Positions 1 through 7,836 of a stretch of 46,293 nucleotides of DNA are shown piece by piece (position 1 is the first letter of the stretch; every line of letters begins with the position of its first letter). This stretch comes from a virus. Taxonomy: Duplodnaviria; Caudoviricetes. The notes under the pieces were generated by a model, which worked only from the letters and a program-made list of their open reading frames with translations, did not search any database and was not told the DNA's origin. The translations under genes were made by a program, and so were the position numbers. The DNA is taken from positions 1 to 46,293 of IMG/VR virus record IMGVR_UViG_3300020042_009326. One strand, 5' to 3'.

Positions 1-98
1 AGGGGCAAGAGCCAGGGACCCGGATCGGCCACCAGGGGCGCGGGCGGGTTACCGGCAGGTTCCGGTAATCCTGGGGGGTCCTGGTGCGATACCAAACG

Positions 99-125
99 AA
101 AAAAAGCCCGCCACCAGGGCGGGCT
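99..125 (-). terminator. Rho-independent terminator
   Basis: Minus strand AGCCCGCC-CTGGT-GGCGGGCT followed by a T run, downstream of the 149-364 ORF. Confidence 0.8.
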
Positions 126-148
126 CAGGGCCAGGGGAAACCGGCGAG

Positions 149-364
149 CTACGCGGGCATGCCGGCCAGGGCGGCGAGCTCTGCCAACATCACGTCGGCG
201 GTGCCCAGGGCGTCAGCCCGATCGTCGGTAAAGTATTCGGCCACCATGCCGGCCGGGCCGGTGGCGCGCACGCGGTATTCCGCCCAGGTGGCGGACCATG
301 CGACGCGGACCATGCCGACGTCGGCCAGGTGCACCAGCTGCACAAGGCGCAGCCGGGCGCTCAT
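149..364 (-). CDS. hypothetical early protein (71 aa)
   Basis: ATGA overlap with the upstream gene; terminator follows. Confidence 0.7.
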   Translation of the reverse strand: MSARLRLVQLVHLADVGMVRVAWSATWAEYRVRATGPAGMVAEYFTDDRADALGTADVMLAELAALAGMPA

Positions 365-1059
365 GCTGCGAGCCCGATATCGCCGGCCACGTGGTGGCGC
401 AGTAGCGAGCCTGCCGGTAGCGAGCGCGCGAAAGCGGCCAGGGCCGCCGCATCGTCGGGCGCGCCCTTGGTCCTGGTGGCGTGCCAGGCTATAGCGGCAT
501 GCCCCTGGGCGGCATAACAGCCACCAGGATCATCGGCGGCCACTTTGGCCGCGCCGGTCCCATGGGCCACGAACACAATCACATATTCCCGCCCAGCTCG
601 CGCGCATAGTGGCCGGCCATTACCGCAGCTGGCGCATGTAAAGCCAGAGCCCGGCGGGCTCAGTTGTTCGGGACACTGAACAAATTGCACGCCCTCAAAC
701 ACGTATGGCCAGACCGTACCGGACGGGGCGGCCACTACAGCCGGACGCCCGGTGCGAACGGCGGCCACCGCTTGCGCCATGGTGTCAGCTGAATAATTAA
801 TCGTCGTCTTACCAGGGGCGGGGCGGGGCAAGTTCTGAAAAGCAAAATGACTATAGGTCCAAGCTTGGCCATTCGGGGGCACCGCGTCATACAAAGCGGC
901 CAGGTACTCGGTATCCACCAGAGCAGCACCATGCGCGCCCTGAGGGTTCAGCGCGCACGTCGGGGGGCACGAGCCAAAAGTATGGTGCGCGCCGGCGCGA
1001 TAGGTTACCGCGATAGGACCGGTTTTTTTGTTCGCAGATTGTCGAATTGTCTTAAGCAT
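361..1059 (-). CDS. Cys-rich phage protein, DUF7227/Gp88-like (probable Fe-S or metal binding)
   Basis: NKKTGPI, CPPTC, WTYSH, TINYS, QCP, TCASC, FVAHG, GCYA and RHHVAGD motifs; start moved to ATG 1059 behind an AGAAAGTGAGAAAA RBS. Confidence 0.65.
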   Translation of the reverse strand: MLKTIRQSANKKTGPIAVTYRAGAHHTFGSCPPTCALNPQGAHGAALVDTEYLAALYDAVPPNGQAWTYSHFAFQNLPRPAPGKTTINYSADTMAQAVAAVRTGRPAVVAAPSGTVWPYVFEGVQFVQCPEQLSPPGSGFTCASCGNGRPLCARAGREYVIVFVAHGTGAAKVAADDPGGCYAAQGHAAIAWHATRTKGAPDDAAALAAFARSLPAGSLLRHHVAGDIGLAA

Positions 1060-1144
1060 AATTTTCTCACTTTCTAACTTTCTACGGCCAAGCAAAATGC
1101 CGGGCCTGTTTAGATTCTAGACTAAAAATAAAAAGCACGTTAAC

Positions 1145-1175
1145 AATAAAAAAACCCGGCACGTGGCCGGGTTTC
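1145..1175 (-). terminator. Rho-independent terminator
   Basis: AAACCCGGC-CACGT-GCCGGGTTTTTTT on the minus strand, after the DUF932 gene. Confidence 0.8.
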
Positions 1176-1194
1176 AAGGGCCATGCGGCCAGGG

Positions 1195-2283
1195 CTAAGA
1201 GACTAGATCAAGCATGCCGCCGGCCAGGGTTTCGAATTCGACGCGGTCCGATTGCCAGGGGATCGTGCGCGCGTGCGCGGTGGCACCGGTTACCGCGTCC
1301 CAGACCGTTTCGATTGGCCGGCCCTCATCGAGAATATGCGCATGCTGAATTTTCGCGGCCACTCTCGGCCCGAACCTGGTGGCCAGGAATTTGTCAACTT
1401 TGTCGATTTTGCTGGCTTGCGCAGTGCGCAGTACCGTTGAAACGGTGGCCGCGCTGGACCGGCTGTATTCCAACAGGGCCGGCGTCACCTGCTCGATGAA
1501 TTTGTCGGGCGCGCTGGCAGTATGCCGAATGCTGATTTCATCCAGCTCGTGAGCTCCCCAAACAATTCGGTTCGCGCAAACAAAGTCAAAAAGAAAAGTT
1601 TTCAACTTTAGTGCGCCCCCGCCAACTTCAGAATTAGTCACAAAAAACCCCCGGGCAAGCTCTCCGGTTTTCCCGTCCCGGCGGCCCGGAAGTTCAATCC
1701 GGTTTACTTCATCGGCCAAGAAAATAAAGCAGTCCCGATCACCTGCGAACAAAGTCGTATTTTCTCGAGTGACGAAGTCCAGGGCATGGCCCCAGGTCCC
1801 AGGGACCCGCCAATTACCGGTCACGCCGTCGCCGAAACGGTCAATGAGGGCGGCCACTACGTCACCGTCCCAGATTCGGCCATAGTTCGGGCCGGTTACC
1901 GCGCGCAGTTCTGAGGTCCCGTTTTTTGTCAGCAGCACGCCGATATCCTTGGCGTCCCGCTCCACTTGGAAACCGTAATTAAGGCAGTCGGCGGCCAGGG
2001 GAGCGGGTAGGTCCCGCAAGTAGGCACCAGGCGCGCCCACCAGCTGAGCGGCCTGGCCCATTGCCCAATGAGTCGGCGCGTAGCCGTGGCCGTTGGGGCC
2101 TTCAATCATCAGGCCCTGGTTATCGTCAGTGGGGACGGCGCGCAGCTGGCGGCTGCTGACCGTGGCGGCCCGACTGATAGCGCGGCGCATTTCCATGGCC
2201 GCGTGCATTTCCGGCAAGCTGATAAACCGCTCTTCAGCGGGACGATTGGCCCATTGGGCAGAGGCTTGTGTCAGTGTGGACAT
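1195..2283 (-). CDS. DUF932 domain protein
   Basis: LRAVTGPNYGRI, GFFVTNSEVG, FDFVCANR and IRHT motifs typical of DUF932. Confidence 0.8.
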   Translation of the reverse strand: MSTLTQASAQWANRPAEERFISLPEMHAAMEMRRAISRAATVSSRQLRAVPTDDNQGLMIEGPNGHGYAPTHWAMGQAAQLVGAPGAYLRDLPAPLAADCLNYGFQVERDAKDIGVLLTKNGTSELRAVTGPNYGRIWDGDVVAALIDRFGDGVTGNWRVPGTWGHALDFVTRENTTLFAGDRDCFIFLADEVNRIELPGRRDGKTGELARGFFVTNSEVGGGALKLKTFLFDFVCANRIVWGAHELDEISIRHTASAPDKFIEQVTPALLEYSRSSAATVSTVLRTAQASKIDKVDKFLATRFGPRVAAKIQHAHILDEGRPIETVWDAVTGATAHARTIPWQSDRVEFETLAGGMLDLVS

Positions 2284-2338
2284 AGTGAGCTTTCTATCTT
2301 TCTAATTACCGGGAAACCGTCCCGGCAGCGGAGTCAGA

Positions 2339-2368
2339 ATTCTAAACTCGAATTTATGACCCTGTCAA
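2339..2368 (-). promoter_or_regulatory. sigma70-like promoter
   Basis: TTGACA-18 nt-TAGAAT, followed by a CCGGG/CCCGG hairpin and an RBS. Confidence 0.7.
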
Positions 2369-2372
2369 CAGG

Positions 2373-2609
2373 TCAACTATTCTCGTTTTCCAGTTCTTGG
2401 CTGACCATGCGCCGATACCGCTCGAACAGTTCAGCGAACGCGCCCAAAATTTTCGCCTGGTTCCCTGAGTCGGCGCGATGGTAGGCCAGGCCCAAGGCCG
2501 ACGCAAACCCGCCGCCGTGCAGCTGCATCAAAGCGGCTGCGCGGTGGTTGGCCTGGGCCAATGCCTGAATGTGATTGCTCCTGTAAAGCTCAGCAAGTTC
2601 GGGGTTCAT
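2373..2609 (-). CDS. hypothetical phage protein
   Basis: GGGFASALGLAYHRADSGN segment recalled from small phage proteins; GAAAGG RBS. Confidence 0.7.
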   Translation of the reverse strand: MNPELAELYRSNHIQALAQANHRAAALMQLHGGGFASALGLAYHRADSGNQAKILGAFAELFERYRRMVSQELENENS

Positions 2610-2625
2610 AATTTTGCCTTTCAAG

Positions 2626-2856
2626 TTAGAGGTCAAGGTTGGACCAGTGGTCCAGCTGGCTGGCGATTGCCAGGCCGGTGTCGTACCAGGCCGGGGCGCT
2701 GATGATGCCGGTGGGATTGTCAGCGGGCCGGCCAGCGGCCACGACGCTGCTGCAGTATTGGCGCACTGCCTCGAGGATCATGACCTGGGCCAGCGGGCCC
2801 CCGGGGTTCATCGTCATTAAGTACGTGATTTTCCGCACATTGTTAAGGGGTTTCAT
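2626..2856 (-). CDS. hypothetical protein
   Basis: ORF with AAGGA RBS before ATG 2856; fits operon packing. Confidence 0.65.
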   Translation of the reverse strand: MKPLNNVRKITYLMTMNPGGPLAQVMILEAVRQYCSSVVAAGRPADNPTGIISAPAWYDTGLAIASQLDHWSNLDL

Positions 2857-2867
2857 CGTGGGGTCCT

Positions 2868-3254
2868 TCAAAAGCTTATGGTCGCTCGATTGTCGCTAAA
2901 GAACGACTTAATTTCATCTTCCATATCAAGCTCGCTGGCCAGGTCGGAGAGGCTAATCTCGGACGCCAAATCCGATAAGCTGATGTGCTCCGCGATGTCG
3001 TCCGAATAGTTGTCACCCACCTCCGCCGCCAGGTCTGCCAGGTTGACGTGGCGGGCCATAACTTCCAGCTGCCCATTGGTCAATTGTTGGGCCAGGTCGG
3101 TCAGGTCGACGTCCCCCGCGGGGCGGGCGTTCAATTGAGCCAGCTTTTCTGACAGGCTGTCGTTCATCCAGTCATCGATCATGACGGCCACCATCGGGCG
3201 CATTTGCTCAGCCAGGTCTTTCACCAGGGCTTGCATGAGTGCGTGCATTTCCAT
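2868..3254 (-). CDS. hypothetical acidic protein with 9-aa repeats (xxLSDLAxE)
   Basis: Own promoter and RBS; repeats NLADLAAE, SLSDLASE, SLSDLASE. Confidence 0.75.
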   Translation of the reverse strand: MEMHALMQALVKDLAEQMRPMVAVMIDDWMNDSLSEKLAQLNARPAGDVDLTDLAQQLTNGQLEVMARHVNLADLAAEVGDNYSDDIAEHISLSDLASEISLSDLASELDMEDEIKSFFSDNRATISF

Positions 3255-3308
3255 GTTCTTTCTCTCTTTCTAGGGTTACGGCCTCGCGAAATTGCTTGGC
3301 CAGATCGC

Positions 3309-3337
3309 ATCTTATATCTACTTTATCAACTTGTCAA
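3309..3337 (-). promoter_or_regulatory. sigma70-like promoter
   Basis: TTGACA-17 nt-TAAGAT. Confidence 0.8.
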
Positions 3338-3427
3338 CTACCTCCACCAAATATTTTATGGACTAGCCACCACCAGAAAAGCTTGGCGGCCAGGGGCTTT
3401 TGGTCTGGGGGATGCTGGGACAGGGGT

Positions 3428-3511
3428 GGTCGGATTTGTTTTTGACGCGCCGCCGCCAGGCGCTCGCGGTCCCGGCGGTTCATAGTCCAATTTTTTCAAC
3501 CACACTTGGTA
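3428..3511. repeat. direct repeat B, copy 1 (84 bp)
   Basis: Matches 3723-3806 with 3 mismatches; includes the PSVVEKIGL-stop coding end. Confidence 0.95.
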
Positions 3512-3686
3512 GCTTGGCTAAGCGGTAGAAGTGCATATCCGCCCGGTGGATAACGTCTTTTCTAAAGCCGCAGTCGGTTTGCATCCACATTCCACGTGAG
3601 GCAACCCACTTTAATAAGTACCCCTGTTGGTCTATGGTGTGCGTACCACCCTCAATCAGTTTTATCAATTGCTGCGTTCTGTTCAT
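3480..3686 (-). CDS. hypothetical protein (68 aa)
   Basis: ATG 3686 behind TAGAAAGAGAGAAAG; C-terminus identical to that of the NinX-like gene. Confidence 0.7.
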   Translation of the reverse strand: MNRTQQLIKLIEGGTHTIDQQGYLLKWVASRGMWMQTDCGFRKDVIHRADMHFYRLAKLPSVVEKIGL

Positions 3687-3730
3687 CTCTTTCTCTCTTT
3701 CTAGTTTGCCTGGAAAAGTCCAGGTCGGAT
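3683..3730. repeat. direct repeat A, copy 1 (48 bp; hairpin + RBS + ATG)
   Basis: Matches 4343-4390 with 1 mismatch. Confidence 0.95.
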
Positions 3731-3806
3731 TTGTTTTTGGCGAGCGGCCGCCAGGCGCTCGCGGTCCCGGCGGTTCATAGTCCAATTTTTTCAACCACAC
3801 TTGGTA
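3723..3806. repeat. direct repeat B, copy 2
   Basis: Matches 3428-3511. Confidence 0.95.
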
Positions 3807-4122
3807 TCTCGACCTCATCGCCCAGCACTGAGGCCACGTAGCAGCGCATTGCTGCGACTAGGGGTGTTGAGCCCCAGTAAAACGGGAAGTGCGGAAGGGG
3901 CCAATCGCGCCCCGCTTTCCACGCCTTGATCACTCCGTTGTGTATAGAGTACGGCGTGATTGTGATTCCCTCTCGCTCAATGATCGGCCCACTTTCGGCC
4001 CAGTCTGTCGAGAACCAGGCGCACCGGCCCTCATGCCAGTACGGGTCTTGCAGCTTCATTGCCTTGCCGACTGCCCGATCAAGGGCCTCGCCCGTCAGTT
4101 CTGCTGTTTTCGCGCGGGTCAT
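3775..4122 (-). CDS. ninX: NinX-family (DUF2591) phage protein
   Basis: KTAELTGEALDRAV, STDWAESGPIIERE and TPLVAAMRCYVAS.LGDEVEIP motifs. Confidence 0.8.
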   Translation of the reverse strand: MTRAKTAELTGEALDRAVGKAMKLQDPYWHEGRCAWFSTDWAESGPIIEREGITITPYSIHNGVIKAWKAGRDWPLPHFPFYWGSTPLVAAMRCYVASVLGDEVEIPSVVEKIGL

Positions 4123-4346
4123 GGCAGTTCCTCTGGTACTTCGTGTTGTGCGCCGCAGGTGGTGCAAAAGAACCGCACCGAGTACTCTGCTCCGCTAGTC
4201 TCATTGTTGGCGTATGTGCTCTCGAACTTCTTGGTCTCGGCGTCCCACTCAATGGTGCTGTATTCCGTGCGGTCTTCGGCCAGGAGGAAGTCGTTGTCGC
4301 CACATACGGCGCATTTGCCGTCGATGGGTTTGGGTAATGTGCTCAT
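4119..4346 (-). CDS. small zinc-ribbon-like protein
   Basis: CAVC and CTTC pairs; promoter and RBS upstream. Confidence 0.7.
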   Translation of the reverse strand: MSTLPKPIDGKCAVCGDNDFLLAEDRTEYSTIEWDAETKKFESTYANNETSGAEYSVRFFCTTCGAQHEVPEELP

Positions 4347-4390
4347 CTCTTTCTCTCTTTCTAGTTTGCCTGGAAAAGCCCAGGTCGGAT
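4343..4390. repeat. direct repeat A, copy 2
   Basis: Matches 3683-3730. Confidence 0.95.
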
Positions 4391-4391
4391 A

Positions 4392-4421
4392 ATCCTAGCA
4401 TGCCTTTGGCCGGTCGGTCAA
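4392..4421 (-). promoter_or_regulatory. sigma70-like promoter (extended -10)
   Basis: TTGACC-18 nt ending in TGC-TAGGAT. Confidence 0.55.
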
Positions 4422-4837
4422 GCGGTCACCAAAAACTTTCTCAGCTCTGCCCAAGGGATGCCCGTCCACGGCCAGCGGGCCATGGGTCGCGTATCGATGC
4501 CCAGGTTGACCAGGTCGATCGCCTGTTCGCCCGCGTACAGCAGCAGTTCAGACTTGCTTGCATGCGCGGTGCCGGGCGGGTGGTACTGAACAAGGATGTA
4601 GGTCGGGCAGCGCAGGTCGGCGTGCTTGATCTGGAACGCCACCTGATGCGGGGACAGGTTGACCTTGCGGCCCCGCTTAACCACCTTGAGTTCCACCATG
4701 ACGAACAGCCCATGCGGGAACGCCAACAGGCAGTCGGGGATGCCCAGGTTAACCCTTGACTCGATTCGGGTGAAATGGCAGCTTGGAAGGTTTTCCCTCA
4801 ATCGCTTGTACAGGTTCGCTTCGGGTTTCAATGCCAT
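4418..4837 (-). CDS. VRR-NUC / Holliday-junction-resolvase-like nuclease
   Basis: PEANL, RIES..NLGIPD, VELK and LSPHQVAF PD-(D/E)XK motifs; start overlaps the terS tail. Confidence 0.8.
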   Translation of the reverse strand: MALKPEANLYKRLRENLPSCHFTRIESRVNLGIPDCLLAFPHGLFVMVELKVVKRGRKVNLSPHQVAFQIKHADLRCPTYILVQYHPPGTAHASKSELLLYAGEQAIDLVNLGIDTRPMARWPWTGIPWAELRKFLVTA

Positions 4838-5435
4838 TGTCTTCCTCTTCGGGTTCTTCTTCAATTTGTTTAAGGGTCACGTCCACAATCGGCCCGGCAG
4901 CCCCGCCGCCGTACAAGCGCTTGATTTCCTCGAGCTTGCGGGTGACCTCTTCCTTGCTCATGCTGTCGATCGTGCCGTGCCTGATCTCCTTGCGGTCGAT
5001 GTAGATGGACCCGAGGGCCTGGCCGCGCCGGTATTCGGCCTGGACTGCCGCGCCATAGGCCCCTGCAGCCAGCGCCTGGTCGCGGATGACCTGGAGGTCC
5101 CGCATGTGCCGCTCGAAGGTCGTGCCGTACTTTTCGCCCAACTCGCGCCGGCGCACTTGGATCGCGGCCACGATGTGAGGGCAAACCTCAGGGTCGGTCA
5201 GTTCCCGCGCCCGGTTCTTGGCCCATGTCTCGCCGTACCCGGCCCGCATGGCCGCCTCTTTCAAGGTGACGTGCCCATCGCCCGCGCAGAACTCTTCCAC
5301 GAACTTCCATTCCTGGGGCGTCAGGACTCTAGGCTTGTGGGCTTTGACGGGCCCCGTCACGCGGGCCTCGACAACCGCTGGACGGCCCCCAAGGCTTTTG
5401 CCCGCCAGAAACCTCTCATCCTTGTGACTACCCAT
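4749..5435 (-). CDS. terS: terminase small subunit
   Basis: LTPQEWKFVEEF...EAAMRAGY HTH, then HMRDLQVIRDQA...AAVQAEYRRGQALG. Confidence 0.8.
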   Translation of the reverse strand: MGSHKDERFLAGKSLGGRPAVVEARVTGPVKAHKPRVLTPQEWKFVEEFCAGDGHVTLKEAAMRAGYGETWAKNRARELTDPEVCPHIVAAIQVRRRELGEKYGTTFERHMRDLQVIRDQALAAGAYGAAVQAEYRRGQALGSIYIDRKEIRHGTIDSMSKEEVTRKLEEIKRLYGGGAAGPIVDVTLKQIEEEPEEEDNGIETRSEPVQAIEGKPSKLPFHPNRVKG

Positions 5436-5653
5436 CAGGAGACCCTCCAGAGCCGCCAGCCTTCGCCGTAGCGCCTGCAGGTGAACCTGACCCCTGGGTG
5501 ACGGCGCGCGTGCATGTAGGCGGCGCTACGCAGGTTCTTGATCCAGTCCTTGTCCAGGATCAGGAAACTGTCCCCAACCGCCATCCGAATAAAGGGATAG
5601 CTGGTCCGGGAGTCCGCGTCGGGAGGCATTGGGATGTTTTTTTCGATATTCAT
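5435..5653 (-). CDS. conserved small phage protein
   Basis: IEKNIPMP, YPF..M.VGDSF and RLWRV pattern common in phages. Confidence 0.75.
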   Translation of the reverse strand: MNIEKNIPMPPDADSRTSYPFIRMAVGDSFLILDKDWIKNLRSAAYMHARRHPGVRFTCRRYGEGWRLWRVS

Positions 5654-5690
5654 GCATACAGTCTACAACAAATCCACGGGCAACACGACT

Positions 5691-5730
5691 ACAAGGGCCC
5701 AAAAGGGCCCAAAAGGGCCCAAAAGGGCCT
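5691..5730. repeat. 4 x 10-bp tandem repeat AAAAGGGCCC
   Basis: Read directly from the sequence; first and last copies each have one mismatch. Confidence 0.9.
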
Positions 5731-5749
5731 GGAAAGGTCAAATTCGAGG

Positions 5750-5965
5750 TTTTAGTTAGGAATAAATAGGGAAGAGTATGTTTTTTTTTTTTCAAAAAAG
5801 CATCGCGCGCGCATTTTATGTGAATTACATCCATTGACTATGTGTAATCTAACGTGTTCTCATAACCCATTGATTTCATTCAACTATTACACCATTACTT
5901 CTATTACGTCTAATTTCAAAAAAAAAAAAAAAATAATTTTACTTTTTCATTTTTCTTCTACTAAA
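5750..5965. other. AT-rich non-coding region (candidate origin or packaging site)
   Basis: T12 at 5781, A16 at 5918 and repeated ATTAC in a GC-rich genome; no credible ORF; function is inference. Confidence 0.45.
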
Positions 5966-6066
5966 TGGCGAAATATGGCCCTTTGCCGTGATCCCCGGTC
6001 CGTGATCCTGTATAAATCCCCAGTGCAACTAAGGGTAAACCCCTGTAAAATAGGCACTTGACCCTT

Positions 6067-6098
6067 AAAACCCGCCAGCTCAACCCTGGCGGGTTTTT
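6067..6098. terminator. bidirectional terminator-like hairpin
   Basis: AAAACCCGCCAG-loop-CTGGCGGGTTTTT. Confidence 0.75.
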
Positions 6099-6382
6099 CA
6101 CTGCAACTGCGTCCCCAGCCAGCGCCTGTGCTCCCCTGAGAGCATCTTGCCCGCTATTTCCATGGGAATCAGGTCGCCAAACTCAATCTCTGTCACCTCA
6201 TTAAACCCCCCATCTCTTGCCTCAGGGTCTTGAATTACCGGCCCGATGAGGGCGTACTTCTGCCCGCCGGCGGTCAGGATGACCACCTGGACCATGGTCC
6301 GTGAGCCGAGAGCCTCCATGACCCCTTGGAGAGCCGTCTCCGCCGCCGCCCCCTCCTCTTCCAGTTCAAACCCTTGTTTCAT
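6098..6382 (-). CDS. hypothetical protein
   Basis: ORF with GGGGG RBS; last gene of the operon. Confidence 0.7.
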   Translation of the reverse strand: MKQGFELEEEGAAAETALQGVMEALGSRTMVQVVILTAGGQKYALIGPVIQDPEARDGGFNEVTEIEFGDLIPMEIAGKMLSGEHRRWLGTQLQ

Positions 6383-6560
6383 GTGATCCCCCTGTTACAT
6401 GCACGCCACACCGGGTGCATTGTCCGTCTTTAACCTCATGCGCCTTGTCCAGGCCGCTGCCCTGGCACTCATGCGCCCCAAACAGCCTGGCCAGCCCCGG
6501 CGCGTACTCACCCCCAATCCGGTACAGCTTTGGGAAGGCGGGGTGGAAATATTCAATCAT
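6366..6560 (-). CDS. hypothetical Cys/His protein
   Basis: ATGA-coupled start at 6560; HEC, H, CTRC. Confidence 0.55.
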   Translation of the reverse strand: MIEYFHPAFPKLYRIGGEYAPGLARLFGAHECQGSGLDKAHEVKDGQCTRCGVHVTGGSHETRV

Positions 6561-6748
6561 GTGCTGTGTCCCTTCAATTCGGCGTAGAAATCCGTCCAGT
6601 ATTTCGCCATGTCTTCGGGGGCTGATCCTGTCCTGCATCCCGCATCGACGACTGCTATGATCCCGCGCCAAAATGCCGCTTGCTCCTTCGCAGGTAGTGC
6701 TTTTATTCGGGCAACGAACCTTGCCCTTTTTTGTTCTTCGTCTGTCAT
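6557..6748 (-). CDS. hypothetical protein
   Basis: ATGA overlaps at both ends. Confidence 0.7.
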   Translation of the reverse strand: MTDEEQKRARFVARIKALPAKEQAAFWRGIIAVVDAGCRTGSAPEDMAKYWTDFYAELKGHST

Positions 6749-7020
6749 GTGTTGCGCTCTTTCAAAGCGGTTGAAACCTCCTTGTAAAAGCCGATGCTGT
6801 CAAATTCTTCAGCGATTAAATTGGTGTCCGTCACTTTGTCGTAACCCGCATTGAACAGCTTGCTGTGCTTCTTTCTGTAAAACTGCACCTCCTCATCCGT
6901 CAGCCCTACCCATTGGCGCTTAGGCGGCAGGGGCGACAACGCCAGCACATCATGCACTTGTCTGAGCACGGCGCACAGACTGTTGTTGGTTTCAACCCAC
7001 TTGTGTTCTTGCGGTGTCAT
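6745..7020 (-). CDS. hypothetical protein with WVGLTDEE motif
   Basis: QWVGLTDEE and ALKERNT phage motifs. Confidence 0.75.
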   Translation of the reverse strand: MTPQEHKWVETNNSLCAVLRQVHDVLALSPLPPKRQWVGLTDEEVQFYRKKHSKLFNAGYDKVTDTNLIAEEFDSIGFYKEVSTALKERNT

Positions 7021-7573
7021 AATTTTTCCCCTTCAGTTTGATTTCAGCAAGTCTAAAAATCTCCATGACAATATGTCCGTCATCATCCTCAGTGCATCCC
7101 GCTGCCGTTGCAATTTTCTTTTTGTCCTCGTCTGTCAGCCCCTGCCACGGGCGCTGTGCTGCAAAATGGTCAGCAAGTTCCCTCGCCTTGTGCTTGTTGA
7201 TGCCCTCTCGGACTAGGCTAACCACTACCATTTCTCGCCACTGACTCGGCTCCTGCTCTGGCTGTGCCAAGGCTGCTTGCAATCGCCTGATGGCGTAAGC
7301 ACAGTCGTTTGGAGTGGGCCACTTGCAACATTCGGTTCCATGCTCTTCAGCTTTTTCTTCCATCTCATCACACACTTTCGCGCAAGCCTCACGCTCTGCT
7401 TCCGCACCAGCCAAAACCCCGCAACGGTACGCCTCGGCAAGAGAAATGCGCTGGGCAAAATGCTCGTTGCTGTCTTTATCCTGCGGATACCAGTCCGTAC
7501 TAATGCTGTCAAACATCTGCTTTCCCCGGCTGTAAAACTCCTTGTCCTTGCCAGTGCTGTTGTCTTTAGTCAT
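6992..7573 (-). CDS. hypothetical mosaic protein
   Basis: EREACAKVCDE, AALAQPEQEP, WQGLTDED and KLKGKN motifs. Confidence 0.7.
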   Translation of the reverse strand: MTKDNSTGKDKEFYSRGKQMFDSISTDWYPQDKDSNEHFAQRISLAEAYRCGVLAGAEAEREACAKVCDEMEEKAEEHGTECCKWPTPNDCAYAIRRLQAALAQPEQEPSQWREMVVVSLVREGINKHKARELADHFAAQRPWQGLTDEDKKKIATAAGCTEDDDGHIVMEIFRLAEIKLKGKNYDTARTQVG

Positions 7574-7836
7574 TTCAGTTCCCCTTTTGCAATGGCGGCC
7601 ATGGCGTTGGCCGTTGCGTCCTCCCACTCTTGCCGGCTGGAGTCGGACAACTCCACGTGCACCATTGCATGCAGCGATTGCTTCAACGCCGCCAGCAGTT
7701 GAGCATTTACACCGTGCAAGCGGCGCAACTCCGCAGCACCCTCACTGAGATAGCCCTGCGTGTCATCATCAGCTTCCGCTGCGCGGCGCTTGGCCTCTGC
7801 TTCAATGCGCCGAAACTCATCTTCCTCGCTATTCAT
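7570..7836 (-). CDS. hypothetical protein
   Basis: AAELRRLH..N.QLLAALK...AAIAK motif; ATGA coupling. Confidence 0.7.
   Translation of the reverse strand: MNSEEDEFRRIEAEAKRRAAEADDDTQGYLSEGAAELRRLHGVNAQLLAALKQSLHAMVHVELSDSSRQEWEDATANAMAAIAKGELK

Noticed and set aside
149-3300. CCAGG abundance in early coding regions as Dcm-site enrichment
   Set aside because: Largely explained by GCC-CTG-G codon usage on the minus strand
3428-3806. Direct repeats as a DGR template/variable pair or att sites
   Set aside because: No reverse transcriptase or integrase in the window; only three mismatches, all in non-coding sequence and not adenine-specific
5526-6061. ORFs 5526-5834 and 5834-6061
   Set aside because: They translate homopolymer tracts (poly-Lys) and lack an RBS; the region looks non-coding
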